A stretch of DNA of 61,503 nucleotides, filler included, from an uncultured bacterium (GTDB lineage: Bacteria > CAYSBA01): the NCBI GenBank assembly GCA_964429075.1. It is 10 parts of 10 records of this genome, joined end to end, with 100 filler letters (N's around TTAATTAATTAA, not from the genome) between each part and the next. Parts side by side here need not be neighbours in the genome. Positions count along the whole stretch, not along the records: positions 55,595 to 61,503 come from CAYSBA010000098.1; 9 more parts are not named here. One strand, written 5' to 3'. Under the pieces are notes generated by a model, which was not told the origin of the DNA, searched no databases, and was given only the letters and a program-made list of their open reading frames with translations. Made by a program: the position numbers and the translations under genes. Within the stretch, counting starts at the first letter, position 1. Each line of letters starts with the position of its first letter. This document shows, piece by piece, positions 55,595 to 61,503 of this stretch.

Positions 55595-56239
55595 AAATAG
55601 TACATTAACAAAAAAGGCTGAAAATCCATCTTTAATATCACCCCCATAAATTTGACCAAGCCCGGGAAGAATTGCAGACAAGATGCCACCTACTGTCATT
55701 GACTTTTTTCTCTTCTTCAATTTTTTGTATTGATCCAATAAGTCTTGGTACTCCCAATTATTTGGATTTATTTTATTGATCTTTAATCCTGCAAGAAAAT
55801 ATAAAAGATCAGGATCTGTGTTGGATCTTTTGAGAAAACCAATGTCGAATACCCTCTTTTTCTTATCGAGTAAATCCAGAACATTCTCGTAAAGACCATT
55901 TTTATAATAAAATTTCAATACAATCCATACAACATATGGATCATCTGGACACAGGCTATGTGCAAGGTGATTGTACGCGGCTCTATCATAACTATTGTCA
56001 AGCCCATCTACCGAAAGACCTGCCAGAAAAAGAGCATGACACTTTTTTTCTGGATCTTTAGTTTGAAAAATCACTCTTTTAAATTCTGAAAGAGCTCTAT
56101 AGTAGTCTCCCTGTTTTAACAGCCATATCCCATAATCAATGCCATCTCTTGCATAAACATTTCCAGCTATTATAGAACAGACTATAACAACAGTTAATAC
56201 CCCAAACAACATCTGTAGAGAAAGTAATTTTTTTTCCAT
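55595..56239 (-). CDS. Exported TPR-like protein with TM2-like membrane motif, 3'-truncated
   Basis: Signal peptide, QGDYYRALSEFKR, GILSAILPGLGQIYGG. Confidence 0.65.
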
Positions 56240-56355
56240 TCCAACACTCTATCAAAATAAGACCTTTGTTTCAACAAAAAGATGGGCAAGTAGTGATAAT
56301 TGCTATTACAAATTCTTTGACAAATAGGCGCAATAAGGTTATAGCATATTGGTCA

Positions 56356-56820
56356 ATGGAATATGTTGAGGAAATTGGATTTTCAACTGCAAGGCTGAAG
56401 CCTGCTCATTTGATTAATCGATTTATAGCCAAGGCAATAGATGTGCTTATCTTTTTTATTGCCTCATCAGTACTCCATATCTATGGCACTATCGCAGGTC
56501 TTTTATATATACTTATAGCTGACTATGTTGGTAATGGACAGAGCTTGGGCAAAAAAATTGTTAAGATAAGAGTAGTGACACAAGAAGGGGCATACCAGAT
56601 AAATCTGACAGAATCGATAATACGCAATCTAAGTTGCAGTATTGTACTTATCTTTACACAACTCGGATTTATTGGGCTGATACTCTTTTTAACAGCAGGA
56701 CTGGCCATCTGTGCTGTGGAGATATACTTTATGATTACCGACATTGGGGGCATACGAATTGGTGATATACTGGCCAATACAATGGTCATAGAACATGTCC
56801 CTTCTGAAGATAGAACGTAG
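56356..56820 (+). CDS. RDD family membrane protein
   Basis: R.IAKAID, GQSLGKK...IRVV, SIIRN, RIGDILA.T.V. Confidence 0.88.
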   Translation: MEYVEEIGFSTARLKPAHLINRFIAKAIDVLIFFIASSVLHIYGTIAGLLYILIADYVGNGQSLGKKIVKIRVVTQEGAYQINLTESIIRNLSCSIVLIFTQLGFIGLILFLTAGLAICAVEIYFMITDIGGIRIGDILANTMVIEHVPSEDRT

Positions 56821-58168
56821 ATACGCAAAACTTATACTTGCACTTGGAATGCCTGTTGTGCTGGCAATGCTAACACAGACAGGCATAAATCTGTTAGATA
56901 CCGCAATGGTTGCAAGACTTGAGGCCCCAACAGCTATCTATGGTGTTGCTGCTCTCAACTTCAGTATGCCTATTCTATGGTCTATCGGTGGTCTTTTAAG
57001 TTCCATCGGTGTTGGCACACAAGTGATAACGGCAAGACGATTCGGTCAGAAACGCTATACATCAGCAGGCAAGGTGTTTCTCTCTTCATTTTTTATTTCT
57101 ATTATCACAAGTGTTATTCTTTCAATAATTGCCATCATTGTTGTACCTTATCTATATGAATTTATGACAGACAACAAAATGGTACAACAGATCGGTACCA
57201 CCTACACCCGATGGAGACTTGTTGCAATAATCTCAATGGTAACAACAGCATCAATAAAGGGCTTTTATGACGGAATAGGTAAGACCTACATACATATGAT
57301 AGCTGCGATTATTATGAATATTTTTAATGCTGTTGCAAACTATTGCCTTATCTTTGGATTCTGGATTTTCCCTCGCCTTGAGGTAACAGGAGCTGCTATT
57401 GCATCCATGATAAGTTCCTTTCTTGGGATGATCATTGTAATCGCCTGGAGCTTTAAACCAGGTTATATAGACAGATTCAAATTCTATAAATTGGCCAACA
57501 TTGATGTTGGTGTCATCAAAAAGATCCTCCAGATATCGATACCTGCTGGAATTACCATGGCATTTGCAATGTTGGCCTTCCTTGTCTTTTTAAAAATAGT
57601 AGGAATGCTGGATGAAGGACGACAGCTGCCAATTAACACAGGATCTGCAAAACTTATAATAGATTTTATGTCAATCGTTATTATGGCAAGTATTGGTTTT
57701 GGACAGGGCACAGCCACCCTGGTGGGACAGAGTCTCGGTAAGAAAAGGATAGACCAGGCCAAGACCTATGGTATTGTAGCTGTAAAGCTTATGTTTATAA
57801 TGATGGGTGTTGTAGGTCTTTTTACAATCCTTTTCCCTCATCTGATTTTAAGGATCTTTACAGATAAAGAAATCCTCATTTCAAACTCCCTATCATCCAT
57901 GCGATTGATGGGATTTTCTATAATTGTACTCAGTGTTGCCATTATGTTTATGCAGGCATTGTATGGAGCAGGTGACGTAAAATTTGTTGTAGTAACTCAG
58001 ATCCTGTTAACCATATCTGGATTGATGCCCCTGGCATACCTGTTCGGTATAGTATTTGATATGGGACAATTGGGGCTATGGATTGGATTTACCTTCTACT
58101 TGATAATATTCTGTCTTATTATGGCATACAGATTCGTAAGTGAAAAGTGGAAACATATAACAATTTAG
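56795..58168 (+). CDS. MATE family efflux transporter
   Basis: About 12 TM; DTAMV, ARRFG, NY.LIFG...P.L.V.GAAIAS, LVGQSLG. Confidence 0.92.
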   Translation: MSLLKIERRYAKLILALGMPVVLAMLTQTGINLLDTAMVARLEAPTAIYGVAALNFSMPILWSIGGLLSSIGVGTQVITARRFGQKRYTSAGKVFLSSFFISIITSVILSIIAIIVVPYLYEFMTDNKMVQQIGTTYTRWRLVAIISMVTTASIKGFYDGIGKTYIHMIAAIIMNIFNAVANYCLIFGFWIFPRLEVTGAAIASMISSFLGMIIVIAWSFKPGYIDRFKFYKLANIDVGVIKKILQISIPAGITMAFAMLAFLVFLKIVGMLDEGRQLPINTGSAKLIIDFMSIVIMASIGFGQGTATLVGQSLGKKRIDQAKTYGIVAVKLMFIMMGVVGLFTILFPHLILRIFTDKEILISNSLSSMRLMGFSIIVLSVAIMFMQALYGAGDVKFVVVTQILLTISGLMPLAYLFGIVFDMGQLGLWIGFTFYLIIFCLIMAYRFVSEKWKHITI

Positions 58169-58175
58169 ATTTCTC

Positions 58176-60020
58176 TTGAGTAACAAAAGGATTGCCATAG
58201 TTGGTGGAGGACATGCAGGTTGTGAGGCTGCACGAGTGTGCTCAATGCTCGGTATTGAAGTAATTCTATTTGAGAAATCTAACAGATTAGGATACATGCC
58301 CTGCAACCCCTCTGTTGGAGGCGTGGGTAAAGGCCAACTCGTCCATGAAATCGATGCACTTGGCGGAGTTATGCCTACAGTTACCGATATATGGGGAATT
58401 CAATGGCGCACTCTAAACACCAAAAAGGGTCCTGCAGTGTGGTCAACAAGGGCACAGGTGGACATGTATAAGTATTCAGAATCTATGACTAATATAATAG
58501 GCAAACTGCCAGGAGTAAGGATTATAAACACAGAGATTACATCTATTTTGGTTAAAAATAATAGAATCGTTGGTGTAAAAAGCGGTGATGAAGAATATAA
58601 ATTTGATGCTGTGATCATTGCATGTGGTACCTTTCTTAATGGTCTTATGCACATTGGATTAAATTCAAAAAAAGGAGGACGTTACAAAGAATCACCTTCA
58701 GAAACACTATCTGATAGTCTTTCAAAAGAAGGACTTATCCTGAAACGATTAAAGACGGGCACATGTCCGAGACTCGACGCCAATACCATAGACTTTGAAA
58801 TCTTAAGAATACAGGAGGGTGATGAAGATACACTACCCTTTTCAATAAGAGACAATGATAGACAAGGAAACAGGATTGTATGCCATNNNNNNNNNNATAT
58901 AACACACACAAATCAAGCCACTCATAAGATTATCTTATCCTCTCTTGATAGATCTCCACTATATACTGGAATAATAAAAGGGATCGGACCAAGGTACTGT
59001 CCTTCGATTGAAGACAAGGTGGTAAGATTTCCAGACAGAATAGCTCATACTATCTTTCTTGAACCCACATCACTTGATGGAAATGAGATCTATCCGAATG
59101 GGATCTCTACCAGTTTACCAGAAGATGTTCAGGAAAAGATTGTTCATTCAATTGAAGGGCTAAGAGATGCAAAGATATTAAGATATGGATATGCAGTCGA
59201 ATATGATTTTATACCGCCCACACAGACACATCCAACTCTTATGTCAAAAAGGATAAAAGGTCTCTTTCTTGCGGGTCAGATAAATGGGACAAGTGGATAT
59301 GAAGAGGCAGCAGCACAAGGCCTTGTTGCTGGACTAAATGCTGCAAGATACCTACTGGGCAAAGAACCCGTAATTTTTGATAGAGCCCAGTCATACATTG
59401 GTGTAATGATTGATGATCTGACATCAAAGGGGGTGACAGAACCATACAGGATGTTTACATCAAGGGTGGATTTCAGACTTGCAACAAGAGAAGACAATTC
59501 TTACGACAGGCTTACTCCAATGGGAAGAAAACTCGGGATTGTGGATGATGAGCTATGGAATATTTACAAAAAATATTACAGAACCAAACGTTACGTGATA
59601 AAAAGAGCAAAAGCCATAAAACTCAAGGAACCCTTTGAAGGGAAAAGTACTTTGAAAGAAGCAGTCATGACCCAGCGCTTTCCATTAGAAAAATTTACAG
59701 ATTACTTCAAGAGGATAGACAACAGACGTGCAGTAATTGGTGCATATACAGACATCAGGTACTCCATATATATAAAAAGGCAGAAATCTGAACTAAAAAA
59801 GATAAAAAAACTCTCTTCTATAAAAATTCCCGAAGATATTAACTATGATACAATTCAGGGTCTCAAAAAAGAACAGCAGCAACGGCTAAAAGAGATTAGA
59901 CCTTCCCATCTTGGTCAGATATTAAATATAGAGGGGATGAGCTACGCTGCCTTTCTTGCAATCTACACAGAAATATTAAAAAGAAAAAAGGGTCAGGGCC
60001 CGCAAGACCAGATACACTGA
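58176..60020 (+). CDS. mnmG: tRNA uridine 5-carboxymethylaminomethyl modification enzyme (10-N gap at 58887-58896)
   Basis: GGGHAGCEAA, CNPS.GG..KG, RLKTGT.PR, GPRYCPSIEDK, AGQINGTSGYEEAAAQG, EPYRMFTSR. Confidence 0.97.
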   Translation: MSNKRIAIVGGGHAGCEAARVCSMLGIEVILFEKSNRLGYMPCNPSVGGVGKGQLVHEIDALGGVMPTVTDIWGIQWRTLNTKKGPAVWSTRAQVDMYKYSESMTNIIGKLPGVRIINTEITSILVKNNRIVGVKSGDEEYKFDAVIIACGTFLNGLMHIGLNSKKGGRYKESPSETLSDSLSKEGLILKRLKTGTCPRLDANTIDFEILRIQEGDEDTLPFSIRDNDRQGNRIVCHXXXXITHTNQATHKIILSSLDRSPLYTGIIKGIGPRYCPSIEDKVVRFPDRIAHTIFLEPTSLDGNEIYPNGISTSLPEDVQEKIVHSIEGLRDAKILRYGYAVEYDFIPPTQTHPTLMSKRIKGLFLAGQINGTSGYEEAAAQGLVAGLNAARYLLGKEPVIFDRAQSYIGVMIDDLTSKGVTEPYRMFTSRVDFRLATREDNSYDRLTPMGRKLGIVDDELWNIYKKYYRTKRYVIKRAKAIKLKEPFEGKSTLKEAVMTQRFPLEKFTDYFKRIDNRRAVIGAYTDIRYSIYIKRQKSELKKIKKLSSIKIPEDINYDTIQGLKKEQQQRLKEIRPSHLGQILNIEGMSYAAFLAIYTEILKRKKGQGPQDQIH

Positions 60021-61501
60021 TTGTTTTTACACATCCAAAACCCATCACAGCTGATGTTAGGTTCAATATCCTGTTGATCACAATCAGAAACATCAGTACA
60101 TCCATAAGAGGGCAGGCATAAACCTACATTTTCATCTGTATTGCATACTGTACATACCCCTTCAAATGCCATAGCAACGCCATAACAACCAAGAATGCAT
60201 GAATTGATATAGGTAACGCCATTTTTTCCACAAACAGGATAATCTACCAATGGACAATCACAATCAGCTGGTGGATTACTCACGACACAAATACCATCGA
60301 TACATATGCCATTGTTGCAGTCAGAATCAAGGCTACAGTTTTTGACCTCAGGACACCCAGAAGAAAAATTGATTTTACACCAGCCTATACCATTACATTC
60401 ACTATCATCTTTGCATAATCTGCAAAAACCTCTGTATGCCGGTCTGACATTAGATCTATCAAGTAAACACCTGTTAAAATATGTAACTCCGTCAAAACCG
60501 CAATATGGTGAAAAACGCGACGGACAATCCTTACCACATTCACCTTGGTACTTAACCTTTACATTCAGACAATTTGCAATACATCTATTTGGATATGTAT
60601 ATCCATCATCACCACAAACAGGACTGTATAGGCCTTCACAACTACAATCTGAAACGGGCATACAATAGCCTTGTAGATTTGTATCAGAAAAGATGCAGGC
60701 CTCACCTTCACCACAATCATCATTGGTAGTACAATCAGAGCTGTTCTGAATACATTCTGCATTACAAATATTATCAATACAATCCCATCTTATATGGCCA
60801 TTGCAACCAAAATCCACATAGTTCTCAAGAATGGCACAATCAGATGGAAAATTACAGTATTCCAGAGGGACACACACCGGAGGCAACATACATCCTGTCT
60901 CATCCACACCCGATTCTATCCATTTACCAGAACAATCCTCGTTTGGAGAAACATCCTGACAGCTTGATTTTATTGAACAGACTCCATTGTTACATACAGC
61001 TTCACCCTCTTTGCATGTATATATCCCTGTACACAAAGACTTCTGAGTATCACAGACCACACTGAGATAATGAAACCAATCTTTGACTCTTTTAACATTT
61101 ATTGAAAATTCCCCACCACCATCATCACAGGGACAACATCTGCTCTGTACCTTAATACAGTCAGAATCTACCACACAAGATTGATAGTCAGAATCATTGC
61201 ATTGCCAAACACAGCTGTTATTAAGACATTGCCACAGGCCATCACAAAGCGGCCTTTGAAGGTTTTGATGTTCACAATCATCAGCAATATCACAATAACC
61301 AGGCTCAACACATCTTCCAGCAGATGTATCTTCTGTTGTAAGACAAAATAGACCTTCAGGACACTTTTTATCAGTTAATCCTCCACATTCAGAACCGCAT
61401 TCTGATGTATTAGACTTAATACATGGACTACTACAGGACCATGCGCATTCTCCACTTATGCATCGCCACTTTCCATCACAAACGCCCTGTGGTTTTTCCT
61501 G
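59993..61501 (-). CDS. Cys-rich protein with three Kazal-type domains and a repeated Cys/Trp module, 5'-truncated
   Basis: PVCG.DG.TY.N.C......V.....G.C pattern three times; frame is open to the window end. Confidence 0.82.
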   Translation of the reverse strand, partial: QEKPQGVCDGKWRCISGECAWSCSSPCIKSNTSECGSECGGLTDKKCPEGLFCLTTEDTSAGRCVEPGYCDIADDCEHQNLQRPLCDGLWQCLNNSCVWQCNDSDYQSCVVDSDCIKVQSRCCPCDDGGGEFSINVKRVKDWFHYLSVVCDTQKSLCTGIYTCKEGEAVCNNGVCSIKSSCQDVSPNEDCSGKWIESGVDETGCMLPPVCVPLEYCNFPSDCAILENYVDFGCNGHIRWDCIDNICNAECIQNSSDCTTNDDCGEGEACIFSDTNLQGYCMPVSDCSCEGLYSPVCGDDGYTYPNRCIANCLNVKVKYQGECGKDCPSRFSPYCGFDGVTYFNRCLLDRSNVRPAYRGFCRLCKDDSECNGIGWCKINFSSGCPEVKNCSLDSDCNNGICIDGICVVSNPPADCDCPLVDYPVCGKNGVTYINSCILGCYGVAMAFEGVCTVCNTDENVGLCLPSYGCTDVSDCDQQDIEPNISCDGFWMCKNNQCIWSCGP

Positions 61502-61503
61502 AG

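Overview
This window is not contiguous DNA. It is ten size-sorted contigs of about 5.9-6.2 kb from a draft or metagenome-assembled bacterial genome, joined by artificial 100-bp linkers (44 N + TTAATTAATTAA + 44 N), so gene adjacency is only meaningful within a contig. The DNA looks AT-rich by eye. It nevertheless carries Myxococcota/deltaproteobacterial hallmarks (MglC-like roadblock gene before efp-accB-accC, pilD plus histidine kinase, Cys-rich MopE-like repeats, ASH/FG-GAP lipoprotein) and an anaerobe-type CoA-activase pair. Housekeeping genes include lepA-lepB-mgtE, rapZ-metK-ahcY-ribE, xseB-ispA-dxs-msbA-like-tilS, pncB, mnmG and tRNA-Pro(CGG). Several giant surface proteins are present. 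Main leads: (1) an AAA/DUF4143 ATPase gene bracketed by inverted arrays of a degenerate octamer, with one arm built into the 5' end of the next gene, beside a decamer array and a hicB-hicA pair whose toxin has a nonsense codon; (2) a DUF11-type repeat adhesin in which one repeat has lost all three putative isopeptide residues together; (3) a radical SAM gene coupled to a Cys-rich repeat protein; (4) a TPR-MglC in-frame fusion with an internal RBS; (5) a permease gene frameshifted at an A9 tract. No CRISPR array, rRNA, integrase or transposase was seen.
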